Source: an uncultured Gemmatimonadales bacterium
GTDB taxonomy: Bacteria; Gemmatimonadota; Gemmatimonadetes; Longimicrobiales; RSA9
Direction: 5' to 3'
DNA length: 64,000 nucleotides
Assembly: GCA_963798085.1 (NCBI GenBank)
Contig: CAWCRS010000002.1
Span: 96,001 to 160,000 of the forward strand
Position 1 is the first letter of the stretch, and each line of letters starts with the position of its first letter. The position numbers were made by a program, and so were the translations under genes. This document shows, piece after piece, positions 21,026 to 31,515 of this stretch. The notes beneath the pieces are model-generated. The model was not told the origin of the DNA. It worked only from the letters and a program-made list of their open reading frames with translations, and ran no database searches.

Positions 21026-21750
21026 TCGGCTCCGTCACGGACGCGGTAGCGGTACCCGAAGCCGCGCACGGTTTCGATCATGCGGCCGGCTTCGCCCAGC
21101 TTGGTGCGCAGCCGCTGCACATGCATGTCGACGGTCCGGGTTTCGATGCGGGCGTGGATATCCCACGCGTCCTCGAGCAGCTGCTGCCGGCTCTGCACGC
21201 GGCCTCGCCGCTCCAGCAGCGTAACCAGCAGACGGTACTCGGTCGGTGTGAGGTCAATGTTTTCTGCGCCCACGGAAACGCGCATGGCATTCAGGTCCAC
21301 GATAACGGCACCGCCGCGCAGCGTGCGCCCGGAACCCGCGACTGCCGGCGCCTGCGCGCGCCGGAGCACCGCACCCACGCGCAGGATCAGCTCGCGCGGA
21401 CTGAAGGGCTTGGTGACGTAATCGTCCGCACCCAGCTCGAGGCCTTTCACGCGATCCGCCTCGTCACGACGGGCCGTGAGTACGACCACCGGTACGTCCG
21501 ACAGCTCGGGACGCCGTCGCAGATCCGACAGGACATCGTAACCGGAGAAGCCGGGCAGCATGAGGTCGAGCAGGATGAGGTCGGGCCGTTCGCTCTCCGC
21601 CGTTTCCAGGGCTTCCTGGCCGCCCTCCGCAGTTCGCACGCGATAGCCTTCCTTGGTCAGGTGATAAGCGACGAGTGCGGAGATGTCCCGTTCGTCCTCG
21701 ACCACCAGGATCCGTGCGGGCGCCGGCTTCGTGTTCTTCCTGTCGCTCAT
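21022..21750 (-). CDS. phoB: Response regulator PhoB (OmpR family)
   Basis: LLDLMLP, GADDYVTKPFSPREL, RTVDMHVQRLR, ETVRGFGY. Confidence 0.88.
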   Translation of the reverse strand: MSDRKNTKPAPARILVVEDERDISALVAYHLTKEGYRVRTAEGGQEALETAESERPDLILLDLMLPGFSGYDVLSDLRRRPELSDVPVVVLTARRDEADRVKGLELGADDYVTKPFSPRELILRVGAVLRRAQAPAVAGSGRTLRGGAVIVDLNAMRVSVGAENIDLTPTEYRLLVTLLERRGRVQSRQQLLEDAWDIHARIETRTVDMHVQRLRTKLGEAGRMIETVRGFGYRYRVRDGAE

Positions 21751-21849
21751 CGGCCTCCACCGGGAAGACAGTATCGCGTTCCGCGGCTCACGAACTGGCC
21801 GCAGAGTCCCATGGAGGTTTATCGCATCGCCGTCTACAAAGAGTCATTG

Positions 21850-21930
21850 GATTGTAACAATCGCATCACGCCCCCCCGGCTTCAACGGGATAAGCGTACT
21901 TAATGTAGTAAGTTACGGCGTTGTTACAAA
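21850..21930 (-). promoter_or_regulatory. Candidate Pho box upstream of phoB
   Basis: AT-rich patch with GTAAC direct repeats 11 bp apart (21923-27, 21912-16) and an inverted TTGTAACAA copy at 21852-21860. Confidence 0.5.
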
Positions 21931-22005
21931 GCCAGGTGGGCGTTCCGCCGGGCGCCCGGCTGCCGGACCGGGGGGCCGCTGTGGAGACCTGCCGTCGCGC
22001 AGCCT

Positions 22006-22455
22006 TCAGTGCTGGATGAGTCTGCGCAGCCGCTTGACGGTCCGCTGAATGCTGCGCAGCTGACGGATATGACCTTTGCCGCGTGCCGGTCGTGTGTCGA
22101 CGATTACCTCGAGGGCGCTGGTCGCATCCTGGACGGTGAGCGGGTGCGGCGACTGGTCGAGCGACTCGTCGCCTTCGATGGACTGCAGCAGGTCGGCAAT
22201 GCGACCGCCCACGCGCAGGTCGAAGCCCTCGAGCGCCTGGGTCAGTTCGGCGCGCAGCGCGCGCAGCTCCTGCGTCAGCTGGACATTCAGCCGCGCCCGC
22301 TTTTCGCCTGTCTGCCGCCGCTTTGACTGCGCCTCCTCCGCCGGCGCTCTGCCATCTTCTCCGGGGGTCGCGGCCACGGCGATGGGCTCGTACCGGGCGC
22401 GCTTCGTGTTCGCGCGCCGCGACTTGCTTCTCTTGCTTACCTCGGTGGCTGTCAT
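22006..22455 (-). CDS. Hypothetical protein with basic N-terminus
   Basis: 149-aa ORF with a 4-bp overlap to the upstream kinase gene. Confidence 0.6.
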   Translation of the reverse strand: MTATEVSKRSKSRRANTKRARYEPIAVAATPGEDGRAPAEEAQSKRRQTGEKRARLNVQLTQELRALRAELTQALEGFDLRVGGRIADLLQSIEGDESLDQSPHPLTVQDATSALEVIVDTRPARGKGHIRQLRSIQRTVKRLRRLIQH

Positions 22456-23165
22456 GACAGTTCGTGCGTGGGATAGAGTGCCTGGAGTTGCCGCCGTATC
22501 CGCTCTTTCAGTTCAGATTGGATGGCAGGTATCGAGCCATTCGCATTGATTGGTTCAATCCCGTACCGATTCTGTAGCTTCCGGAACTCGGCGCGCAAGC
22601 GTTTCTGGTAACGAATGAAGCTGCCGAACCAGTCGCGTTCGAGTCCGAGGTCCATGCCGGATTCCCAGTAGTCGAGGTTGCCGTGGGAGGCGAGGGTACG
22701 GTCGACGAGTGTGCGATCGGAAACCTGCAGGCAGAAGATGGCGTCCGGGACGAGCGCCTTGGAGTAGAGCGAGGCCAGCCACTCCGGGTCGGCGCCGCGC
22801 ACGCTGTCCCTGGCCATGGGTGTGAAGATGTAGCGGTCAGCCAACACCACGGAGCCTGCGCGCAACGCCGGCACGATGGTGTTTTCCAGCTGGTCGAAGA
22901 AATCGGTGGCGTAGAACAGGGACATGGTGCGCGGGCTGAGCACATTGCCCTGCTTGGCGAGTTCCAGCTCCTTGCCGACGAGGCGGGAGCGCTTGAGTCC
23001 GATCTGTGCGACCGGGTAGCCGTTCTGCTGCAGCCACTCCGCGAGCAGCCCGATGTGGGTGGACCGGCCCGATGAGTCCGGACCCTCGATGACGATCAAT
23101 GCGCCCGTGAGCCGGGACAGGTCCAGGCCGGGCGGCGCCGTGCCGAAGCAGCGTTTGGGATTCAT
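22452..23165 (-). CDS. Thymidylate-kinase-like protein with degenerate P-loop (candidate regulatory polyphosphate kinase subunit)
   Basis: IEGPDSSGRST, LADRYIFT..ARD..RG, YWESGMDL. Confidence 0.8.
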   Translation of the reverse strand: MNPKRCFGTAPPGLDLSRLTGALIVIEGPDSSGRSTHIGLLAEWLQQNGYPVAQIGLKRSRLVGKELELAKQGNVLSPRTMSLFYATDFFDQLENTIVPALRAGSVVLADRYIFTPMARDSVRGADPEWLASLYSKALVPDAIFCLQVSDRTLVDRTLASHGNLDYWESGMDLGLERDWFGSFIRYQKRLRAEFRKLQNRYGIEPINANGSIPAIQSELKERIRRQLQALYPTHELS

Positions 23166-23842
23166 CGCGGGACTCGGGTGCGGAAGCGGCTCAGGTCTAC
23201 GCCTTCGGAGATGATGGCGCGCACGGCCTGCTGCTGGTCGTGCACGTTCTGTGTTGCGTCCATGACTGTGAAGTTGAACTCGCTGGCCAGCCTCTCGTAC
23301 TGCTCCATTACGCTTGTCTGGAACATGCGGAAGCTCTCATGGATGTCGGACGAGAGTCCCAGATCCATGCCCGCCTCGAAGTACTTGAGTTGCGGCCGAC
23401 CCTCGAGAATGCGGCCGAGCGCGGTTTCCAGCGGCAGCCGGAAATACAGCGTGTAGTCCGGGATGCGGGCAAAGCCGTACATGTTGCGCACCCACTCCGG
23501 GTCGCACCCGCGTACGGCGTCGCGCGCGAACGATGTGAAGATGTAGCGATCACAGAGCACGATATACCCGCCGCGCAGCATGGGCAGGATCTGGCGCTCG
23601 TAGCGGTCGGCAAAGTCCGTGGCGTGGATGACGCTGAAGGTGGTGGGTGTGAGCAGCTGCTTCTTCTTGCCCCGCCGCGTGGCCGCTTTCACCAGCGAGC
23701 TGGAGTTCCATTCCGTGAAGTGCACACGCAGCCGCAACCCATAGAGCCACTCGTGCAGCAGGTGGATCTGTGTGGACTTGCCCGAGCCATCGAGGCCCTC
23801 GACGGCGATGAGCACCCCGTTGTCGCGCTTTCTCGTAGTCAC
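23162..23842 (-). CDS. Thymidylate-kinase-like protein with intact P-loop (candidate catalytic polyphosphate kinase subunit)
   Basis: VEGLDGSGKSTQ, TEWNSS, LCDRYIFT..ARD..RG, YFEAGMDL. Confidence 0.8.
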   Translation of the reverse strand: MTTRKRDNGVLIAVEGLDGSGKSTQIHLLHEWLYGLRLRVHFTEWNSSSLVKAATRRGKKKQLLTPTTFSVIHATDFADRYERQILPMLRGGYIVLCDRYIFTSFARDAVRGCDPEWVRNMYGFARIPDYTLYFRLPLETALGRILEGRPQLKYFEAGMDLGLSSDIHESFRMFQTSVMEQYERLASEFNFTVMDATQNVHDQQQAVRAIISEGVDLSRFRTRVPR

Positions 23843-25528
23843 GCCTTCGCTTCCTCCCTGATGCGGATCCTGAGGCCGAAGGTCTTTTCGAAGAGACCCG
23901 CCTTGCGCTGCACGGCCCAGCGTTCGAGCAGCAGATCACCGGTGCCCAGCAGCTCCAGCTGCACGGCGCCATCCTGCACACGCGCGCGCACCTCGTGCAC
24001 GGTCTGCAGATGTTCGCGGTCCAGCGCATCGGCCATGCGTACGATGGCCGTCGAGATGCGTCACGCGGCTGCGCTCCTTTTCCGAGAGCGCCATAAAGGC
24101 TTCGTGGTGTGCGGCCGGCTCACCCTTGCGGTGATAGCGCGCCACATTGGCGGCCATCAGGATCTCGCGCTGCGTGAGACCCGGCAGTTCCGATTGCGAG
24201 ATGATGTAAAGTGAATGTTTGTGGTGCCGGCGATAATTGATGAAGAGCCCCACGTCGTGCAGCGTGGCGCCGGCAATGAGTACGCGACGGTCCGCCTGTG
24301 TGAGTTTGTGCACCTCCTGCAGCTGCTCGAACATGGAGAGCGCGAGGCGAGCCACGTGCCGGCCGTGCGCGGCGTCGAAGCGGAAACGGCGGCCCAGCGC
24401 GATCGCACCCAGCAGCACGATGTGCTCCTGCCGCTCGACGTGCGGCTCGTGACCCGAATAATCATCGACGATGTCCAGCACGATGCCATCCTTCAGACCC
24501 ACATTGGGCACGTGGATGACATCGGCGCCCGCCTGCATGCACAACTGCTCATAGACGGTGGCCGCAGGCAGGATCACATCGGCGCGGTCCTCGCGCAGGT
24601 CCAGCTCGTGCACACGCTGGCGGAACGACATGCGCGCCAGCTTCTCGGTGACCGCACGCAGCTGAGCCAGGGGCAGCCGGCACACGCCATTGGCGTCCGG
24701 CTGTGCGCCGGCCAGCTTCGCCAGCGCTTCGATGTTGCCACCCGTCGCAATGAAGCCGGCGCGGCGCGCCCGACCAACGTGCGGAATGCGCAGGGTCGCC
24801 GCGTATTCCTCGAGGCGGCGTCTGAAGCGGCCGGGCTCATCGCCTGCCACCTGCAATTCCTCGAGCAGTCGAACGGAGCCCATACCGTGCGACACACTCC
24901 AGTGTACGTCGCGGTCATCGACCAGCGAGACCTCGACGCTGCCACCGCCCAGGTCCACAAGGATCCAGCGATCCTCGCCCAGGGGAATGCGACTGCGCAC
25001 CGCCTGGTGCACGAGCCGCACTTCTTCCGCCCCGGTTATGATTTCGATCTCGATGCCGGTCGCCGCGCGCACGCGTTCGATGAACGCCTCGCCATTGTCG
25101 CTGTCGCGCACCGCGCTGGTGGCGACCGCGCGCCAGCGATCGATGCCCAGTGCGCTGATGCGCTCGCGATAGACGGCGAGCGCATCGACGGCGGCAGCCA
25201 TGGCCGACTCGGCGAGACTGCCGGTGAGGAACACATCGTGCCCGAGGCGAACCGAGGTGCGGACCTGCTCGAGCACGGTGTAGTGCGAGCGCGCCACGAA
25301 TTCCGCAGCCAGAAAGCGCAGGGCATTGGAGCCGACATCAATGCCGGCGACGCGCGTCGGGAAAATGCCCGTCAGCGGACCATCGCGGGTCCGGCCGAGT
25401 TCTCCGCCCTGAGGCGATTGGGTTTCCAGCGCCTCTGCCCGAGGCGAAAGCAGGCGATCCAGCATGGGCGCGCAATGTATTCGCTCCGCCAGCCGATTGC
25501 GAAACGAAGCGCGTAACGCGTCGGTCAC
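23839..25528 (-). CDS. ppx: Exopolyphosphatase Ppx/GppA with HD domain (+1 frameshift near 24055)
   Basis: IDVGSNA, ATSAVRD, DLGGGSVE, RADVI, LHDVG..HHKHS, then MADALDREH in the next frame. Confidence 0.9.
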
Positions 25529-25709
25529 GTGCCCCGGGCTGTGTTACGCGACGCTGGCGAGTCGAAGACAGCGCAGTGAGCCAGACATTCGGCGAGCGAA
25601 GAGCAACGTGGCTCTTGCCCGCGCGTGGGCCGCCGGGCTAGACTCGGCCGCCCGCCGGCCGGCTCGCTGATCGTTCCGGTCTGGCGTCGTGATGGAGCCG
25701 GGGGTGCCC

Positions 25710-27134
25710 ATGGAAGAAAAAGCCCAGATCGACGTGACAGAGCTGGCCGATGCGTGGCCGCTGCTGGAGCTGGAAGATCGGGTCGAGGGCTTCCGACTCC
25801 TGGGCGCGGATGCCGCGGAGGAATTCTTTTTCGGCCTGGACGCGCACGACCAGGCCGAGATGCTGACCGCGCTGCCGTCCCCCGAGCGGCGCCGCTGGAT
25901 CCGACTGCTGCCACCCGACGACGCCGCCGACCTCATCCAGGCCGCGCCCGACGAGTTCCGCGCCGCGCTGATGGAACTGCTGGACGACTACACGCGCAAG
26001 GAAGTCTCCGCGCTGCTGGCGTATGCGGAGGATGACGCGGGCGGTCTGATGAGTTCGCGGTACGCGCGACTGCGTCCGGACATGACTGCCGACGAAGCCA
26101 TCGCGTACCTGCGCCGCCAGGCAGTCAGCTCGATCGAGCCGGAAACCATCTATTACGTCTACGTGCTCGACAGTGCGCAGCGGCTGCTGGGCGTGCTGTC
26201 CTTCCGCGACCTGTTCTCGGCGCCCGGCAACCGGCCGGTGCGCGAGATCATGCACACAGACGTGATCTCCGCGCCCGCCGACATGGACCAGGAGGCGCTG
26301 GCGAGGCTCTTCTCCGAGCACGACCTGCTGGCGGTACCCGTCGTCGACGAGAACGGCGTGCTCAAGGGCATCGTCACCGTCGACGACATTGTCGACGTCG
26401 TCCAGGAAGAGGCCACCGAGGACATTCAGAAGATCGGTGGTGTGCAGGCCCTCGACGAAACGTACATGCGCACCACGCTGTTCGAGCTGGTGAAGAAGCG
26501 CGCGGGCTGGCTGGCCGCACTGTTTATCGGCGAAACGCTCACCGCGTCCGCGGTCACGTTTTTCGAAGGCGAACTCAAGCAGGTGCTGTTCCTCGCGTCA
26601 TTCATACCACTGATCATCAGCAGCGGCGGCAACTCCGGTTCGCAGGCATCCACACTGGTCATCCGCGCCATGGCGGTGGAGGATGTGCGGCTGCGCGACT
26701 GGTGGCGCGTCATGCGCCGCGAGTTCCTGGCCGGCGGCACGCTCGGGCTCATCCTGGGCGTGATCGGCTTCATTCGTGTGGTGGCGTGGAACTTCATCAA
26801 GCCCTACGGCGCGCACTACATCCTGGTCGCCTTCACGATCGCGTTCAGTGTGGTGGGCGTGGTGCTGTGGGGTGCGCTGGTGGGCTCGATGCTGCCGTTC
26901 CTGCTGCGCCGCCTGAACGTGGACCCGGCCACCGCCTCCGCGCCCCTCGTCGCCACACTGGTCGATGTGACCGGCATCATGATCTACTTCTCGGTGGCCA
27001 GCTTCATCCTGCGCGGCACGCTGCTCGGCACCGCCATGGCCTCCAGCGACATGGGTCGGCTTGCTCTGATGGGTACGCGCGGTGTCAGCGCTCTTGCCTC
27101 ACAGGTTGCTGCTCTGGCCGGGATCCCGCACTAA
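25710..27134 (+). CDS. mgtE: Magnesium transporter MgtE
   Basis: AGGLM, CBS pair, GIVTVDD, SGGNSGSQ, DPATASAPLVATLVDVTG. Confidence 0.95.
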   Translation: MEEKAQIDVTELADAWPLLELEDRVEGFRLLGADAAEEFFFGLDAHDQAEMLTALPSPERRRWIRLLPPDDAADLIQAAPDEFRAALMELLDDYTRKEVSALLAYAEDDAGGLMSSRYARLRPDMTADEAIAYLRRQAVSSIEPETIYYVYVLDSAQRLLGVLSFRDLFSAPGNRPVREIMHTDVISAPADMDQEALARLFSEHDLLAVPVVDENGVLKGIVTVDDIVDVVQEEATEDIQKIGGVQALDETYMRTTLFELVKKRAGWLAALFIGETLTASAVTFFEGELKQVLFLASFIPLIISSGGNSGSQASTLVIRAMAVEDVRLRDWWRVMRREFLAGGTLGLILGVIGFIRVVAWNFIKPYGAHYILVAFTIAFSVVGVVLWGALVGSMLPFLLRRLNVDPATASAPLVATLVDVTGIMIYFSVASFILRGTLLGTAMASSDMGRLALMGTRGVSALASQVAALAGIPH

Positions 27135-27551
27135 CTCTTCCTTGTGCCGCTGACCTCGAGCACGCGCTGCCACTGCTCGGTCGTGACCGGCCACACGGCG
27201 ACGCGCGGCATGCGCACGAACGACAGGGTGGCGAGCACCGGATCGGCCTTGAGCTCGGCGAGGGGGATGGGGCGGGCGAGCGGACGCACGGGCGCTACGT
27301 CGACCACTACCAGCTCCGGCTTCTTCGGATCCGGCCGGGCTTCTCCGGTGATCTTCGCGATGCCGACCAGCGCCTTGTCCGGCGCCGTGTGGTAGATCAG
27401 CACCTCATCGCCCCGCACGGCCTTGCGCATGCTGGACTGGGCGCGTGCGTTCTTCACACCATCCCAGACCGCCTGCTTTTCCCTGACCAGTTCGGGCCAG
27501 CCGTAGGCCGTCGGATCGGCCAGAAACACCCAGTTCAGATGCGCCCGCCAT
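27131..27551 (-). CDS. EVE domain protein (probable +1 frameshift near 27538)
   Basis: NWVFLADP..YGW, WDGVKN, GDEVLIYHT, LAELKAD; the ATG at 27551 with GAGGAG RBS is one base out of frame. Confidence 0.8.
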
Positions 27552-28811
27552 CAGCTCCTCGCTCCGTTGCGTGTGACTTCGTGCTCGCGGCAGCAGGCTT
27601 CGATCTCTTCCCGGGACAGGGTGTGGTTGCTGCGCTTGGCCAGCTCGAACACGTGCTGGCACAGCGCCTCGTCCGAGGCATCCCAGCCGTGCACGGAAAG
27701 CCAGTACTTCACGTTGGACATGCCGCTCACGTGGCTGACCTCGATCTCCTGGCTGCGGCCGAACAGCGCCGGCGGAACACCCGAGTAGACATTGTCAGCC
27801 AGCCAGGCATCGCCTTTCGCCCTCGCCTTGATGATGGCCGCGGCGTGCACGCCCGTCGCCGTGCGGAAGGCATCGCCGCCCTGCACGGGATAGTGCGGCG
27901 CGATGGTGACGCCGGTCGCCTGTGACACTTTCCTGCAGTACTCGGGCAGGCGGGAAAGGTCGGCATCGTGCATGCCCATGAGCTTCATGTTCACGAGGAT
28001 CAGGTCCATCTCGGTGTTGCCCACGCGCTCGCCGATGCCCAGTGCCGTGCCGTGCACGCGGCTGACGCCCGCAGCCATGGCCGCGAACGTGTTGGCCAGA
28101 CCGAACCCGCGATCGCGATGGCCGTGCCAGTCGACACCCACCGCTTCGCCGCTGGGTTGCACGATCTCATCCATGACGAAGCGTACGAGCCGCGTGGTTC
28201 CCTCGGGTGTGGCGTGGCCGACCGTGTCCGCGAGGCAGATGCGCCGCGCGCCGCAGGCGATGGCGGTGCCGTAGAGCTGCTTGAGCACTTCCGGTCGCGC
28301 CCGCGTCGTGTCTTCCGTCACATACATCACCGTGAGCCCCTCGCCGGTCGCGAAGCGCACCGCGTCTTCCGTAGCGCGCAGCATCCGGTCCAGCGTCCAG
28401 TCCTCGGCGTACTGCCGGATGGGTGAGGAGCCGATGAACGTGCACGCCTCGATCGCGACACCAGTCTCCTGCGAGATGCAGCGCAATCGGCTCGATGTCG
28501 GCGCGTACCGTGCGTGCCGCGCAATTCGCCGCAATACGCAGCCCGCCGCGAGCGATCTCCTGCGCCAGCGCGCGCACGTCGCTGACCGCACGCGGTCCGG
28601 CGCCGGGCAGGCCTATGTCCGCGGTGTGGATGCCGAGCGCATCCATGAGGTGCAGGATTTCGATCTTGTCGGCGATGGGCGGATCCAGCACGGAGGGCGC
28701 CTGCAGTCCATCACGCAGCGTCTCATCGTCCAGCTCCACGACGGGCAGACCGCGGAAATCGAAAGCACCGGGCGCCTGATTCCAGTCGTAGATCAGATCC
28801 TGCTCGCGCAT
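27551..28811 (-). CDS. LeuA-family (DRE-TIM) acetyl-CoA condensing synthase without regulatory domain (+1 frameshift near 28480)
   Basis: DETLRDGLQ, EDTTRA, LADTVG, WHGHRDRG, GIGERVGN, TGVHAAAI. Confidence 0.85.
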
Positions 28812-28930
28812 GCTCCCCGCGTGGGCGTGGTGGGAATAGCGGTGGGCCCGCGTGCTTGCGGGACCGGCGGAAGATGGCCGGAGCGCGAAGTAATTGTCAA
28901 CGCGTCGGCGCGCGCACACATTCTCCGGTC

Positions 28931-30163
28931 ATGGTGCTCACGGGAGCGGACCTGGTGCGGCGGCTGGCGGACCGGCCGGCGCTGGCGAAGGCGAGGGCGC
29001 GCATCGTCCAGACGGATGCGCGCACCATCGAGGAGCAGCGCACACTGGCGCTGATTCCATCACCGCCATTTGGCGAAACGCAGCGTGCGGCATGGGTTCG
29101 TGGTCGCATGAGCGAGCTGGGTCTCGCGGACGTGAGCCTGGATGACGCGGGCAATGTGCTGGCCACGCTGCCGGGCGATGACGAGGAAGCGTCACCGATT
29201 GTCGTGGCCGCGCACCTCGACACCGTGTTTCCCGCGGAGACTCGTCTGGAGCTGCGCGAGCGCAACGGCCGCATCGGACTGCCCGGCATTGCCGACAACG
29301 CCCGCGGCCTGGCGGCCATGCTCGCCATGGCCCGTGCGATGCGCGAGTGCAATGTGCGTACGCACCGGCCCATCGTATTTGCCGCGACCGTGGGTGAAGA
29401 AGGTCTGGGTGATCTGCGCGGCGTCAAGCATCTCTTCCGCGAGCGCTCGCCGCTGCGTAAGGCGAGCGCGTTCGTCGCCGTGGATGGCACGGAGACGAGG
29501 CGCATCGTGACGCGTGCGGTGGGCTCGCGCCGCTACCGCATCACGGTGCGCGGGCCGGGTGGTCATTCGTGGGCGGATCGCGGCACCGCCAATGCCGCGC
29601 ACGCGCTGGGCGGCGCCATTGCCGCACTGGGGCGGGTTCGCCTTCCCGTCGAGCCGCCGTGGTCTCTCAGCGTGGGCCGCATGGGCGGGGGCACCAGCAT
29701 CAATGCAATTCCGGAAACCGCGTGGCTGGAGCTGGACCTGCGCAGTGAGAATGCGCGCGTGCTTGCGCAGCTCGATGAGCGGGCGCTCGCTGCGGTACAC
29801 GCAGCGGTAAGTGACGGCAATGCGCATCGCCGGCGAGGCACGGAGCCGCTGGTGGCGGAGATCGTGTCCATCGGCAACCGGCCGGCCGGCGAGACACCGG
29901 CGGAATCCGTGCTGGTGCAGGCGGCGCGCGCAGCCACGCGCTACATCGGCCGGCGTCCCGAGCTGGTGGCTTCGTCGACCGATGCCAATGTGCCCATGGC
30001 GCTGGGCATGCCCGCGATCGCCATTGGCGCGGGTGGCGAGTCGGGTGGGATGCACACGCTGAACGAGTGGTACGACAACCGCCGCGGTCCGGAAGGCGTC
30101 GTGCGCGCCTTCCTGATCATCGTCGCGGCGGCCGCGGCGCCTGGCGCGACATCGGAGGACTGA
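28931..30163 (+). CDS. M20/M25/M40 family metallopeptidase
   Basis: AHLDTVF, GIADNARG, GEEGLGDLRG, GPGGHSW, STDAN, HTLNEW. Confidence 0.9.
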   Translation: MVLTGADLVRRLADRPALAKARARIVQTDARTIEEQRTLALIPSPPFGETQRAAWVRGRMSELGLADVSLDDAGNVLATLPGDDEEASPIVVAAHLDTVFPAETRLELRERNGRIGLPGIADNARGLAAMLAMARAMRECNVRTHRPIVFAATVGEEGLGDLRGVKHLFRERSPLRKASAFVAVDGTETRRIVTRAVGSRRYRITVRGPGGHSWADRGTANAAHALGGAIAALGRVRLPVEPPWSLSVGRMGGGTSINAIPETAWLELDLRSENARVLAQLDERALAAVHAAVSDGNAHRRRGTEPLVAEIVSIGNRPAGETPAESVLVQAARAATRYIGRRPELVASSTDANVPMALGMPAIAIGAGGESGGMHTLNEWYDNRRGPEGVVRAFLIIVAAAAAPGATSED

Positions 30164-30246
30164 CGGTCCGGTCGCAACACGAAGTCTGGCCGAGGCCGAA
30201 TCGTCGCCTGCTCGAGTCCGTTCCCGCGCGGCGCCCGGGCCTGTGG

Positions 30247-31242
30247 TCAGGGGGCGGAACGAATCTCCGCATGATCGCCGATGCTGACGCGGCCGTGCAC
30301 GCCTTCTATCAGCGCGTTATCACCGATCAGGGAACCGTGCAGGTCGGCGTTGCGAATGGTGACGCGCGCGCCCACAATGGCGTCGCGGACGCGGCTGTTG
30401 CGCACTTCGGAGCCCGGCTCAATGCTGACATTGGGTCCGATGGTGACATTCTCCAGGGTGACACCCTCGGGAATGCGTACGGGACCGATGACAGTGACGC
30501 GGTCGCCGCGCGGCGGTGCGAGTGCTCGTCCGTGCTCCAGCAGGTGGCGGTTGGTGTCGAGCAGCGTTTCCAGCTGGCCGCAATCGTACCAGCCAACGAC
30601 TTCCTCGACGCGAATGCGCGCGCCGTGGTCGATCATGTACTGGAAGGCATCGGTGAGATAGAACTCGCCGCTCGGGCCGGGCGGGCGGTTCATGGTGTCG
30701 TGGATGCCCTCGAAGAGCAGCTTCCAGTCGCGGATGTAGTAGAGGCCGATATTGGCCAGCTTCGACACCGGCTCCTTCGGCTTCTCGATGATGCGCTTCA
30801 TGTTGCGCTGTTCGTCCATGACAATGACGCCGAAGCGCTGGTAGTCCTCCACCTCCCTGGCCCAGATCACGCCGGCCAGGCCGGGCGGCAGGCGGCGAGT
30901 GAGGCCGAGATCGGCATCGAACAGCGTGTCGACGAAGATGATGAGCACGTCCTCGTCGATCCACGGCTCCGCCAGGCGCACGGCCCCGGCGGTGCCATCC
31001 TGCACCGGCTGCTCCACGAAATGCGACGTGAAGGAGGGATAGTTGGCCCGCACGTACGCCTCTACCTGCTCCTTGAGGTGCCCGGTGATGAACACGGCCT
31101 CGCGCACGCCGAGGGCCTGCAGGTCGTCCAGGATGTAGCTCATGACGGGCTTGCCGCCGACGCGCAGCAGGGGTTTGGGCGTGGTGTAGGTGTGGGGCCG
31201 CAGTCTCGTGCCCTTGCCGGCCAGCGGAATGACGACTTTCAA
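30247..31242 (-). CDS. Sugar-phosphate nucleotidyltransferase
   Basis: LAGKGTRLRPHT..PKPL, IEKP, GEFYLTDA, C-terminal hexapeptide repeats. Confidence 0.9.
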   Translation of the reverse strand: MKVVIPLAGKGTRLRPHTYTTPKPLLRVGGKPVMSYILDDLQALGVREAVFITGHLKEQVEAYVRANYPSFTSHFVEQPVQDGTAGAVRLAEPWIDEDVLIIFVDTLFDADLGLTRRLPPGLAGVIWAREVEDYQRFGVIVMDEQRNMKRIIEKPKEPVSKLANIGLYYIRDWKLLFEGIHDTMNRPPGPSGEFYLTDAFQYMIDHGARIRVEEVVGWYDCGQLETLLDTNRHLLEHGRALAPPRGDRVTVIGPVRIPEGVTLENVTIGPNVSIEPGSEVRNSRVRDAIVGARVTIRNADLHGSLIGDNALIEGVHGRVSIGDHAEIRSAP

Positions 31243-31515
31243 GACGGCACCTCTCGGCTCGGGTTGCGTGTATTGTCGGGTGGAGCGCCGGCCAGGGCTG
31301 ATTTCGGATCTTCGCCTCTGGTTTCGGTACGCGCCGCCGAAAATACTGTCCGCAGCCGTCCGGTCCAGTCGCGGGCCGGCTGGAGGCGGGAGCCGGCCGG
31401 CGCGATGCCTGCATGGGCGCTCGAGGCAGGGGTCCGCCCCTCGGGCCTGACCGCCTCATCGCGGAAAAAGGTTGAGATGGAGCGGAAAAACGGCGAAGCT
31501 GTGAGGCAGGAGGCC

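Noticed and set aside
30067..31515. Long antisense/shadow ORFs, e.g. the N-terminal extension of 30067..32226 and 61971..63845
   Set aside because: They overlap well-supported genes on the opposite strand, as expected at high GC.
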